A stretch of DNA of 64,000 nucleotides from Candidatus Zhuqueibacterota bacterium (GTDB taxonomy: Bacteria; Zhuqueibacterota; Zhuqueibacteria; Thermofontimicrobiales; Thermofontimicrobiaceae): contig JBMOPW010000026.1 of assembly GCA_049322915.1 (NCBI GenBank), positions 96,001-160,000 on the forward strand, written 5' to 3'. Below, one piece after another: positions 20,182-29,532 of the stretch. Below the pieces are notes generated by a model. The model was not told the origin of the DNA, ran no database searches, and saw only the letters and a program-made list of their open reading frames with translations. The position numbers were made by a program, and so were the translations under genes. Each line of letters opens with the position of its first letter. Within the stretch, counting starts at the first letter, position 1.

Positions 20182-20836
20182 AGCGAACAGCTATCAGCCC
20201 TTTCAAAAACCATAAATGGAAACATCTGCATGGTTTCACCCATTCGGTGATAGAATAATTCCACCTGAACCTGTTGTTTCTCTCGTCGCTGAATGCTGAA
20301 AGCTAAAAGCTAATCTCTTCTTTTAAGATATAGATAAAACCGGTATGTTCTGCGGAAGGAAAATTTATTTGTTGAACAAAAAAGCTTAACATCTGATTTG
20401 ATACGTTGGTTATGACATCGTTTCCATGTCATAAATGACGCGGCAATTCATTGAAAAAGTTAAAAGTCAGACACCTTGAATAGCCCCGACTTTTAAGTCG
20501 GGGGACAGAAATTCACCTTTGATTTTTGGGCTTTAGCCCCTTTTTGGAAGGGACCCATTCTTAAAAAGTGAAATTCAATTTCATTTTTAAAACCACATTC
20601 AGCCTTTCAGAATCGATCATTTTGGCAATTTATTTTTCTTTGCGCATTTGAGGCTCTGAGGCTGAATAGTGACGTTTTTTTATTGCTGCTCAGCCACATG
20701 ATCGCGCTGGATATTTATCCATCGCCGGGTTCGGGATGAATATCTGGAACGATCGGGAATCCGTGAAGATCAGCGCGGAACGTCCGTGAAATCAGGATTC
20801 AATTTCTTTGTTGGTTCTGGCTTGTCCAGGGCAGGT
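20182..20836. repeat. Cluster of decayed miniature elements / REP-like palindromes
   Basis: Heptamer arms 20182-20311; CCCCGACTTTTAAGTCGGGG and GGGCTTTAGCCC at 20481-20539; CTGAATAGTGAC end near 20662-20673; inverted partial copy of the 28486-28635 element near 20685-20757. Confidence 0.6.
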
Positions 20837-21014
20837 CATCACAAATTACAGGCTGTTTTCGCGGGGGATGAGGGTGAAAATGTATCCTGAATGGAGAGAC
20901 GGGATCGGTTAAAATTGTGCAGGAATCGGGAAGTCTCCCGGTCGGCCAAAGAGTCTGGCTGTTGATGCGCCGGGGCTGGTGAACACTGGTGGATGCCGGA
21001 GGGAGACAGCCGTC

Positions 21015-21905
21015 TCACAAACCCCGTTCCCATTCCTGCCGCAGATGGGCGGCCTCGGGATGGTCTTGTGCAGTGCGGATTTCAGACAACAGCCTGGACT
21101 TATCTTTGGAAAGCGTGCCTTGCAATATCAGAAAGTTAGAGGCGTGATTGCTGCGGAAAATAGTGCTGTTCAGTTCGGTGTTTTTAATGAGCAGTTCCAT
21201 TTCCGCGAGAAGGTCTGTCAGATTCATTGGTAGATACTCGCCGGCGAATCGCTGCCGGTATTGCTGCTCGCCGAAAGGGAAACTCAGCACCAGGGTGGAG
21301 GCGTACTCCGGCTGGACAATGTTGAGAATTTTAGCCGAGTTGAGGGCATGCTGTTCGGAATATTTTTTCCCGCCCAGACCATTGAGAATCATCACCGATA
21401 GCTTGATGCCAGCCTGTTTCGCGGACAGCAGGCCGGCGGCAGTGGATTGGAACGTCTCCCCTTTATGGATCAATTCCAGCAGTTCATCATCGCCGGTCTC
21501 GATGCCGACGTAGAGCAGCCGCAGGCCGGCATCCCGTAACGCTGCCAATTCATCCGGGGATTTTCTCGCAATGTCGCCGGGCAGGGCATAGGCGCTGATC
21601 CGATTCGCCCGGGGAAATGATTCGCGAATGGTCTGAAGAATGGTCAACAAGCGCCGGGTGGACAAGACCAGGGCATTGCCATCCGCCAAAAAAATTCTCC
21701 GAACATCGGGGAACACCAGCGCCGCATCGCGGATTTCCTGAATGACCGTCTTTTCCTTCCGGACGGTGAATCGTTTGCTCGTGTACATTTCACAGAACGC
21801 GCATTTATTCCATGAACAGCCGAGGGTGACCTGAAAAATCAGGGAGTTGGCCTCGGCAGGCGGTCGGAACAGCGGCTCGTTGTAGGCGATTGGAAAGAAG
21901 TCCAT
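21015..21905 (-). CDS. Radical SAM protein (uncharacterised RPPxE family)
   Basis: RPPAEANSL, GCSWNKCAFCEMY, FLADGNAL, RSNHASN. Confidence 0.88.
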   Translation of the reverse strand: MDFFPIAYNEPLFRPPAEANSLIFQVTLGCSWNKCAFCEMYTSKRFTVRKEKTVIQEIRDAALVFPDVRRIFLADGNALVLSTRRLLTILQTIRESFPRANRISAYALPGDIARKSPDELAALRDAGLRLLYVGIETGDDELLELIHKGETFQSTAAGLLSAKQAGIKLSVMILNGLGGKKYSEQHALNSAKILNIVQPEYASTLVLSFPFGEQQYRQRFAGEYLPMNLTDLLAEMELLIKNTELNSTIFRSNHASNFLILQGTLSKDKSRLLSEIRTAQDHPEAAHLRQEWERGL

Positions 21906-22807
21906 CAGGCGCTCCTGAATTCGGGTGACGTCAATTTCCGGATGAACGAGTCAATCATTTTGCGCGCGATGCTGGGCGGGTCCGGTATGGTTGGCAGATT
22001 GTCGACGGAGTACCAATCCGCCTCAGCGATTTCATTCTCATCGATGCGAATCTCACCCGCCGAGTATTCCGCAGTGAATGCCACCATGAGCGAGTTGGGA
22101 AAGGGCCAGGGCTGACTGCTGAAGTAGGCGATGTTTTTCACTTCAATGCCCACCTCTTCGTGGATTTCTCGCTGCACGCACGCCTCCAGCGTTTCACCCG
22201 GTTCGACAAAGCCGGCAATCACACTGAAAACCGGCCGTTTGAATCGCACCGCTCTGGCCAGGAGAATGTGATCTCCCTTGCTCACGGCGACAATGATTGC
22301 CGGCACCACCGGCGGGTAGCTCACCAGCCCGCAGACCGGACATATTTTGGCGTACTCGTCGAGTTTAAATTCAAAGGGAGCGGCGCATCGTCCGCAGAAC
22401 TGCGTGACTTCGTCCCATTTCAGAATATGAAATGCCCGGCCGGCGATCCAGAAAAGTTTTTCCGGCAATACGCCGAACAACGGCCGCAATTCCCGAAACT
22501 CCATCTGCGCCGGCACATCACTGATAGCGTCGATTTCGGCGGAGAAGCATGGGGCCCCTTCCAGCATACCGAGATAAACCGAACGGATGATATTAAAACC
22601 GGCTGCCGCTGCGTCAGTCATCTTCGGGATGGTGACACGTCTCTCATCATTTCGGACGAGCATTTCGTAGTGATGAAAAATGAACCACCAACCCGGCGAA
22701 TCAGGCCTCGGAACCGGGCTTTTCGCCGGAGCGAAGTTGTTTTGTGTTTGTTCAATCATGTGATACGATCCGCGTTGAATCGGTGCAAGGAAAATTATGG
22801 GTACCAT
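21905..22807 (-). CDS. nudC: NAD(+)/NADH diphosphatase (Nudix)
   Basis: FCGRC...CPVC zinc ribbon, Nudix box AGFVEPGETLEACVQREIHEEVG, SQPWPFPNS signature; start may be 22759. Confidence 0.93.
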   Translation of the reverse strand: MVPIIFLAPIQRGSYHMIEQTQNNFAPAKSPVPRPDSPGWWFIFHHYEMLVRNDERRVTIPKMTDAAAAGFNIIRSVYLGMLEGAPCFSAEIDAISDVPAQMEFRELRPLFGVLPEKLFWIAGRAFHILKWDEVTQFCGRCAAPFEFKLDEYAKICPVCGLVSYPPVVPAIIVAVSKGDHILLARAVRFKRPVFSVIAGFVEPGETLEACVQREIHEEVGIEVKNIAYFSSQPWPFPNSLMVAFTAEYSAGEIRIDENEIAEADWYSVDNLPTIPDPPSIARKMIDSFIRKLTSPEFRSA

Positions 22808-23079
22808 CAGGGGGTTGCCGCTGCCGGGCGCCTCAGTGATCGCTCTCCCGACCCGAATCCCTGTTGTCCCGGCAATGGCATCATTATACTGGAAATTAAT
22901 ATCAATTTCAAGAGAAAAGTTATGCGCCAGCTAACCGGTCGAGATGTCCCGGTTGAAAAATTATTTTTTTATCAACCTGGCGCAAGAAAATTTCAGCCAG
23001 GGTGTTTAAAGAATAGACTTCCAAAATCGAATTAAAATCATTTTGAGACGAATGAAAAAACCAAACCCAGGAGGAGTTC

Positions 23080-24015
23080 ATGACATTGTTCAAAAAATCC
23101 AACGTTGTCTGGTTCATGGTGATGTTACTGGCCGTGGCCTTCAGTGTCGCGATGATGGTCGCGGCGCCGCAAAAAGGGGGGCAGTTGACCTACAAGACCC
23201 ACGAAGGTGAAATTCTGGTTTATGAGACAGTCTCGGAGACCAGCCGAACCATGGAGCGCGAGGGAGAGACCTCGGAATTCAAGACGACCCGAACCTATAA
23301 TTTCCAACTTCAGGGTGAAAAAAGCGATGCTGATTTGAGCTTTGTGCTCACGATCAATAAAGTCGATATGTCCAGCAGCGGCGGGCGCGGCGGCGGTTTC
23401 CGCGGCGGCGTGCCGGAGGATATTCAGGGCAAACGCGTGAGAATCAAACTGGCGCCGGACGGTAAGTTGGGTGAAATGACGGCGATCGATGAGATAAAAA
23501 TGCCGGAACCACGGAGCGGTCGGCAAGGCGACCGTCCGTCGGACCGACGCGGCGATCCCCTGCGATTATTCCGGATAAAAATGTTAACCCTGCCTGACAA
23601 GTCGTTTGAAGTCGGCAAGTCGTGGACCGAAAAGACCAAAGGCGCGCCGGAGGACGATCAGGGCGGATTCCGATTTGGCGGCATCGAGCAAACCGAAGAG
23701 CGCGAGACAAAATATACGGTTTTAGGTCAGGAAATGAGAAATGGTCTTCAATGCCTTCATGTCTCCATGACGACGAAATTCAACCGCGAGGGCGAAGGTG
23801 AAATGAGAGGCAGTGAGGTGAGTGTGGAAGGCGAAGGCGAAACCACGACGGAATTCTGGTTTGCCCCGCAGGAAGGTGTGCTCGTTGAATTGACGGAGAG
23901 CTCATTTTACGAAGGAACGACGGCCTTTTCCGGCGACAGAAACATGACCATGCCCAGTTCCAGCGAATCGAAATACACGTTGAAGCTGGTGAAATATTCA
24001 CCTGCTGCGAAATAA
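23080..24015 (+). CDS. Secreted beta-rich hypothetical protein
   Basis: AGGAGG RBS, signal peptide, alternating beta-strand pattern, Gly/Arg-rich loops. Confidence 0.7.
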   Translation: MTLFKKSNVVWFMVMLLAVAFSVAMMVAAPQKGGQLTYKTHEGEILVYETVSETSRTMEREGETSEFKTTRTYNFQLQGEKSDADLSFVLTINKVDMSSSGGRGGGFRGGVPEDIQGKRVRIKLAPDGKLGEMTAIDEIKMPEPRSGRQGDRPSDRRGDPLRLFRIKMLTLPDKSFEVGKSWTEKTKGAPEDDQGGFRFGGIEQTEERETKYTVLGQEMRNGLQCLHVSMTTKFNREGEGEMRGSEVSVEGEGETTTEFWFAPQEGVLVELTESSFYEGTTAFSGDRNMTMPSSSESKYTLKLVKYSPAAK

Positions 24016-24550
24016 TTGTCGCACTGAAATTCGCGCTGCCATTGTGTGAACTGTTCGTGCTTACGCACAATACCTCCCTTAATATTGTGTCTCGAATTTC
24101 ACGATGGCAGCGTTTGTTTATCTCACTGTTCGTCTGCCTTTCAAAATAATCTCGCGACCTCTTCGCTTGCCCCGTCAAAACTCCTTTGCCGGAAGTAATT
24201 TTGTGAAAATGCGCCTAAAAATCCGCCTGAAAATTTTTTATGTTGAAATATTTTTCATTGAAATTTAAAGAAAAAGTATTTACCTTTCGGCCTGATATTT
24301 TCTTCCGGGGAATTCCTCATGATCATGTGCTCATCGATTCCCATGACAAAGCGCATCGCTGCTGAGGCGGCAAAGGCGCTCGGAATGAACTGCAGGCGCG
24401 TTCCCTGTGAATCGGTTCGACGAGAAGCATGGATCGCAGCCATTTTTCCACCAGTGAAAATCAGCGAACCATCGGTATTACCTGTATTGTAGTGGGAGAA
24501 AATCAGATACGAGTGTCGATACATGATAACGGATAAGGAGAATGATACCG

Positions 24551-25465
24551 ATGGCAAGAAAAATTTATGCTGATTTGCACAATCACAGCACCATTTCCGA
24601 CGGCGAGTATACGCCGATACAGTTGGTGGAACAGGCGAAAGCGATCGGGTTGGGCGCAGTGGCGCTGACCGACCATGATTCCATCGATGGACTCAGTGAA
24701 TTTTTACAAGCTGGCCGGAATCTCGGGTTGAAAACAGTCCCCGGCGTGGAAGTGTCGCTAGCGTTCAAGCGGCCGTATTTTGTGGGGACTCTGCATCTGC
24801 TGTTATATCTGCCGGAGAAGCTTCTGAACAAGCCGGCGTTCACCGCCGCACTCAATTCAATCATGGCTGAGGGACGAGGTCTGCAATTGATAAAATCCCG
24901 GGTGGAATCGATCAATAAAATCTATGGCCCCGGCGGGACGCAGCCAAAGCTCAGCAAACCTCTCACCGTGGAGGAACTGGTGAATTACAGCCAGAACGTG
25001 ACGCGGCGCCATTTTGCCCTGGCCCTGAAAGAGAAGCATGGCATCGACGATAAGGGAGCGATTAACGAAATCATCGGGAATGACAGTCCCGCCTACATCC
25101 CGTCCGGCATCGATATGATTTTGCTGCGGCCGTTATTCGCCGAGTACAGGGTGTTCCGTGTATTGGCGCATCCGGCAGCAGGATCGTTCCCCGGCGAAAG
25201 TCATTACAAAGAGGTGCTGCCCCCGGTGGAAATCGTTGAAAAAATAATGCCGGAATTCCTGGACCTGGGTCTGGATGGGATTGAAGTGTATTATCCGGGG
25301 CATACGGACGAACACCGGCAGCTCATGGTGAACTGGGCGAAAAAACATGATCTGACTATTACCGGAGGCTCCGACTGCCACGATCGGGAACAACGGCCAC
25401 TTGGAGTCGACGGGTTGGATGTGAATGAATTCAATAATTTTATGGCCCGGATCGCTTCAATATAA
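24551..25465 (+). CDS. PHP-domain metallo-phosphoesterase (YciV/TrpH-like)
   Basis: DLHNHSTISDG, ALTDHD, GVEVS, LAHP, TGGSDCH; TAAGGAG RBS favours ATG 24551. Confidence 0.9.
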   Translation: MARKIYADLHNHSTISDGEYTPIQLVEQAKAIGLGAVALTDHDSIDGLSEFLQAGRNLGLKTVPGVEVSLAFKRPYFVGTLHLLLYLPEKLLNKPAFTAALNSIMAEGRGLQLIKSRVESINKIYGPGGTQPKLSKPLTVEELVNYSQNVTRRHFALALKEKHGIDDKGAINEIIGNDSPAYIPSGIDMILLRPLFAEYRVFRVLAHPAAGSFPGESHYKEVLPPVEIVEKIMPEFLDLGLDGIEVYYPGHTDEHRQLMVNWAKKHDLTITGGSDCHDREQRPLGVDGLDVNEFNNFMARIASI

Positions 25466-25619
25466 ATTGTGATTCTCACAATTCCAGTTTAACAAAATGG
25501 CAAGTCTGCCGACTAATAAGGTAATGCAAAAATGCTCTCGCCATTGAGCAATCGGAGCAGTGGATTCGGCCGGACTTCCGATGACGAACGCGAAGGTACC
25601 GAATAGAGGAGTCGTTTCC

Positions 25620-26171
25620 ATGGAACGATGCGTTGCCTTTCTGCGCGCAGTGAATGTTGGCGGGCATGCGACGGTCGGGATGGATGCGTTGAAGCAGGCA
25701 TTTTACAGGGCCGGGTGCAGTGATGTGCGAACCTTCCTGCAAAGCGGGAATGTCATTTTCGATCATCCTGCCACTGATCGGAACGCCGCTCTGCTGGACA
25801 TTCAGGTCGCGCTAGATGAGCTGCTGGGATTCAAGGTCGTGGTGATCTTTCGGTCATCCATCGAGATTGAAAATATCGTTCGCTCGACGCCGTTCTCAGC
25901 GCGGGAGGCCAGGGACGACGTCAAGTTTTACGTCACTTTTTTATCGCAAATACCGAATGCAGGTCTGGATCTGCCGCTGGTTTCAGCGAAAGATGCAATA
26001 GAAATAATTGACATACAGAACGCGGAAGTGTACGTCGTGAGCGCGTTGAAAAAAAATGGAATGTACGGATTCCCCAATGACTTTATCGAGAAGAGGTTCG
26101 GGATACCGGCAACAACCAGAAATTGGTCGACCGTCACTAAAATTGCGGCTCGGCTCGGGTCGCTGAATTGA
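25620..26171 (+). CDS. DUF1697-domain protein
   Basis: AFLRAVNVGG, TFLQSGNV, ATTRNWSTV; AGGAG RBS before ATG 25620. Confidence 0.88.
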   Translation: MERCVAFLRAVNVGGHATVGMDALKQAFYRAGCSDVRTFLQSGNVIFDHPATDRNAALLDIQVALDELLGFKVVVIFRSSIEIENIVRSTPFSAREARDDVKFYVTFLSQIPNAGLDLPLVSAKDAIEIIDIQNAEVYVVSALKKNGMYGFPNDFIEKRFGIPATTRNWSTVTKIAARLGSLN

Positions 26172-26254
26172 GTGGGACGTAGCCTAACGAGTCCGGTGCG
26201 CACAATGCATCACGTCGACAATGCAGCAACTGTGCGACACAACCATGTGAAAGA

Positions 26255-27466
26255 ATGAATTGCCGAATGAACTGGATGAGACGAATTACCCATTGTACGA
26301 AGTTTGTTTTTTTTATCCTGTTTTTCCATTTTGGTTTGAACCCCCTTGCCACCAAAGCGCAACCAAAGTATCAGATCGGCCACATCGATGAGGTGATCGA
26401 TAAATTTCAATTATTTGTCGAAGAAACACTGTTGGAATGGAATGCTCCCGGCGCGGCCGTGGCCATTGTCAGCGGAGATTCGATCGTATTCATGCGGGGA
26501 TTTGGAGTGCGAGAGGTCGGGAAGCCGCAGCCGATCGACGTGAACACCGTATTCCGATTGGCCTCAGTATCCAAGGGATTTGCATCGGTGCTGACTGGCA
26601 TGCTTGTTCAACAAAATCTATTGAGATGGGACGACCCTGTCAAAAAATATCTGCCGTCATTTGCCCTGCATGACAGTCAGGCAACGCGGAATTTAACCAT
26701 CCGCCATGTCCTCAGCCACACATCCGGTTTGCCGCCGCATGCGTTCACCAATTTACTGGAAGAGGAAGTATCCTATTCGGAGATACTCGCGCAGCTTCAG
26801 GGAGTGCCTTCAGCGTTTCCGGTCGGGCAAATGTACGCGTATCAGAATGTGCTGTACAGCATCATCGGCGACGTCGTTTTCTCTGTGACAGGCCAGCCGT
26901 ACGAAGATCTCGTGGAGCAATATATTTTCGAGCCGCTGGGTATGCATCAGGCTTCGCTGGGCAAGGTTTCCTTTTTGATGTCAGCGAATCGGGCAGAACC
27001 TCACACCAATGCCGGCTTCGATTGGATTGTCAGCGATGTCGAAGATTGTTACTATAAAGTGCCGCCGTCCGCCGGAGTGAACGCCAGTATCTCGGATATG
27101 GCCAAATGGCTGCGCGCGATGATGGGCGGAAATCCTGACATTCTCTCCTCTGAGGTGATCTCCAAAGTGACGACTCCATTTGCCGCGACTCCCCGGGATT
27201 TGTACAAATACCGCTGGCGCGATCATCTGAGAAAGGCGCACTATGGATTGGGCTGGCGGATTTATATGTACAACGGGGTAAAAATTGTCTATCACGGCGG
27301 ATGGGTCAAAGGATTCCGCGCTGAAATTGCCTTCATGCCGGAGCAAAAAGTCGGTATCGTCGCCCTGATTAATTCTGAAAGCAAAATGGCAAATCTGTTC
27401 CTGCCAACTTTTTTTGATCTGTACATGAATGTGCCGATCAAAGAGGCAGCGCACCACACGCAATGA
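26255..27466 (+). CDS. Serine hydrolase, beta-lactamase class C family
   Basis: FRLASVSK (SxxK), LSHTSG, YQN (YxN), HGGWVKGF. Confidence 0.88.
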   Translation: MNCRMNWMRRITHCTKFVFFILFFHFGLNPLATKAQPKYQIGHIDEVIDKFQLFVEETLLEWNAPGAAVAIVSGDSIVFMRGFGVREVGKPQPIDVNTVFRLASVSKGFASVLTGMLVQQNLLRWDDPVKKYLPSFALHDSQATRNLTIRHVLSHTSGLPPHAFTNLLEEEVSYSEILAQLQGVPSAFPVGQMYAYQNVLYSIIGDVVFSVTGQPYEDLVEQYIFEPLGMHQASLGKVSFLMSANRAEPHTNAGFDWIVSDVEDCYYKVPPSAGVNASISDMAKWLRAMMGGNPDILSSEVISKVTTPFAATPRDLYKYRWRDHLRKAHYGLGWRIYMYNGVKIVYHGGWVKGFRAEIAFMPEQKVGIVALINSESKMANLFLPTFFDLYMNVPIKEAAHHTQ

Positions 27467-27526
27467 CGTCGCCTGACAGGTAGGATTTTCTGCCCAATGC
27501 TGCGGCGGAGGTTGAAGGAACGACGC

Positions 27527-28396
27527 TCACTCCGCCGGAATTTCATTTTCAATATTGACCATCAGCCGCCACGCTCCGTCATTGAATCTCTTCCAGACAT
27601 GCAAGTAGCTGAATTGCCTGTCCTTTCCACCCGGATCTGCAGTGGCGATGCCGTAGGCGCAGCCAAGATCCCCCGACTCCGCCGCTATCGCATCGATTGG
27701 GTGGAACGTCTTCCTCTCAGCCAACAAGTGCGCATTCGATGCGATGGCTTCCTTGCCGATCAGCGGAAAATGCCCTTCCATGAACAACCGTATCCTTGTA
27801 TCCCCGTATCTGTGAATGGCCGTCGCCCAATCGCTGCTCTCCGCCACCGATGAAAATTCATTTTCCAACTGCATCAAATCCGCTTTCCCGAAATGGACTT
27901 TCGAAGAAGTGCTGCTGGCGTTATCAGCCGGAACTTCGAATTGTTCCTCCTGGTCCGGTTTCGGATGAAATATTCCGGCGTCGATTTTCACTTTCCACTG
28001 GCCGTCTGATTGCCGCTGCCAGACTGAAACGAAATGGCCGAACCATTCCCGCGTCGAATCCCATGTCGTGCGTTTGAATATAGATGGACCTGTGGTATAA
28101 CCAAAATCGCCTGCGCCGGAGACCTCAACGAAGCCCGGCTTCCAGAATAACTGGGTGTTTGTGAAGCTGTAATTCTCATAGTTCGGTTTCCCCAATTCAG
28201 GTCGTGGCAGAAACACAATGGCGCTGTCCGACAGGTACGTGATAAACGCTTCCCGAATTCCTTTCTCCTCGGATAACCGTGCAAACGATACTTCCGCGTC
28301 CAGGAGCGAGCGCAGGGCATCGGCGCTCTTTTTTTCCGTCGAACATTGGGACAGTAAAATCAAAATCACTACAGTCAAGAATCGTATCACTTTCAT
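27527..28396 (-). CDS. Tandem NTF2-like (DUF4440/SnoaL) exported protein
   Basis: Two copies of the GD(F/L)G...VW(Q/K)R..DG.W motif; lipoprotein-like N-terminus. Confidence 0.8.
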   Translation of the reverse strand: MKVIRFLTVVILILLSQCSTEKKSADALRSLLDAEVSFARLSEEKGIREAFITYLSDSAIVFLPRPELGKPNYENYSFTNTQLFWKPGFVEVSGAGDFGYTTGPSIFKRTTWDSTREWFGHFVSVWQRQSDGQWKVKIDAGIFHPKPDQEEQFEVPADNASSTSSKVHFGKADLMQLENEFSSVAESSDWATAIHRYGDTRIRLFMEGHFPLIGKEAIASNAHLLAERKTFHPIDAIAAESGDLGCAYGIATADPGGKDRQFSYLHVWKRFNDGAWRLMVNIENEIPAE

Positions 28397-28485
28397 ATCT
28401 CACCTCTTCAAGTTAATTTCAGTATCAGTACCGGTAATCTTGAGGCGATTTTTCCGGGGCTGGTTCTGTTTTATGTGCAAATGAC

Positions 28486-28635
28486 GTAACTGTTTGGTCA
28501 AGTTTTGTACCAAAAGACTATCAACCGATCGGCCGGGTTATTCATCCCGAACGATACGCCCATTCGGAGATATGTGTCCCAACCTTTGCCCTGGCTGGAT
28601 GAATATCCAACGCGATCATGTGGTTAAACAGTCAC
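28486..28635. mobile_element. 150-bp MITE with GTAAC-type ends
   Basis: Ends GTAACTGTTT / AAACAGTCAC; AAATGAC direct repeat at 28479-28485 and 28636-28642; related inverted fragment near 20685-20757. Confidence 0.7.
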
Positions 28636-28749
28636 AAATGACACGATCATAAACGAATGAATTTTGAAACAGTTTCAGGATTAATTTAACTGAACCTGTG
28701 CCGATAAATTAGAAAAGACGAATACCTGAAAAGCCATACAAGGAGTTGT

Positions 28750-29277
28750 TTGATGAAAGCAAAAGCGGAAGAGTTGGTGAATTCGTTACGAATATTTATC
28801 CAGGAATTGGAAGTACGACAACACTCCGGATCTGTTCAGAAAAAAAAGCAGTTGGAGATCATTCAACAGGCCATGCATATTTTTCAGCGGGATGCGATTT
28901 CGATTCCGGATGAGATGATTATGTTGGAAAGCCGGCTGAAGACTGAGCTGGAACAGGAGAGCAGCGTCGTCAGCGACGTGTATGACTATTTGAAACGTGA
29001 GATTCAGCAGCTATTTCATCTGGAAAAATTCTCGCCGGAGTTGGAAGGCTTTGCTGCCGAGGTACTGGTGGCTGAGAAAGAAACAGAGGAGGTAATACAG
29101 GAACATGGCAGTATCGTTGCGCCGGCGCCATGTCCGCAAGTGGTTCCGGAAGAAATACCGGAGCCGCAACCAAAGATTATCGTTCAGGAGCCACCCGCGC
29201 CGAAGGTCAAAAAAGTGATCATAAAAGATGATAGCCAGGTTACATTGCGCCCGTCGTTTCGGTATCGCCAGCGTTAA
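28750..29277 (+). CDS. Hypothetical protein (helical N-terminus, Pro/Glu-rich C-terminus)
   Basis: AAGGAG RBS, 175-aa ORF. Confidence 0.6.
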   Translation: MMKAKAEELVNSLRIFIQELEVRQHSGSVQKKKQLEIIQQAMHIFQRDAISIPDEMIMLESRLKTELEQESSVVSDVYDYLKREIQQLFHLEKFSPELEGFAAEVLVAEKETEEVIQEHGSIVAPAPCPQVVPEEIPEPQPKIIVQEPPAPKVKKVIIKDDSQVTLRPSFRYRQR

Positions 29278-29532
29278 CCGATGCGACCTGAGCAGGGGGA
29301 GCGACGCTGCCATTTTTAATCGTCATCTCCATTCCGGTTGTGCCGCACGTGATTTTCACTCGCCAGGGATTGAACAAATTTCTATTGAAATTCGACCAAA
29401 TATTCGTTATATTTCCAGCGATGATATTTCATTGATAAACAGCAGAATAAAGTTTTTCGACAATACTCGCCGACGCAGTCAATGGATGGATGGCGTCGGT
29501 GCGCTACCCTTTTCATTTTTTATGGAGTCATT

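Noticed and set aside
29280..29530. Glycine riboswitch or attenuator upstream of kbl
   Set aside because: Only one hairpin near 29468-29504; no recognisable aptamer consensus or leader peptide.
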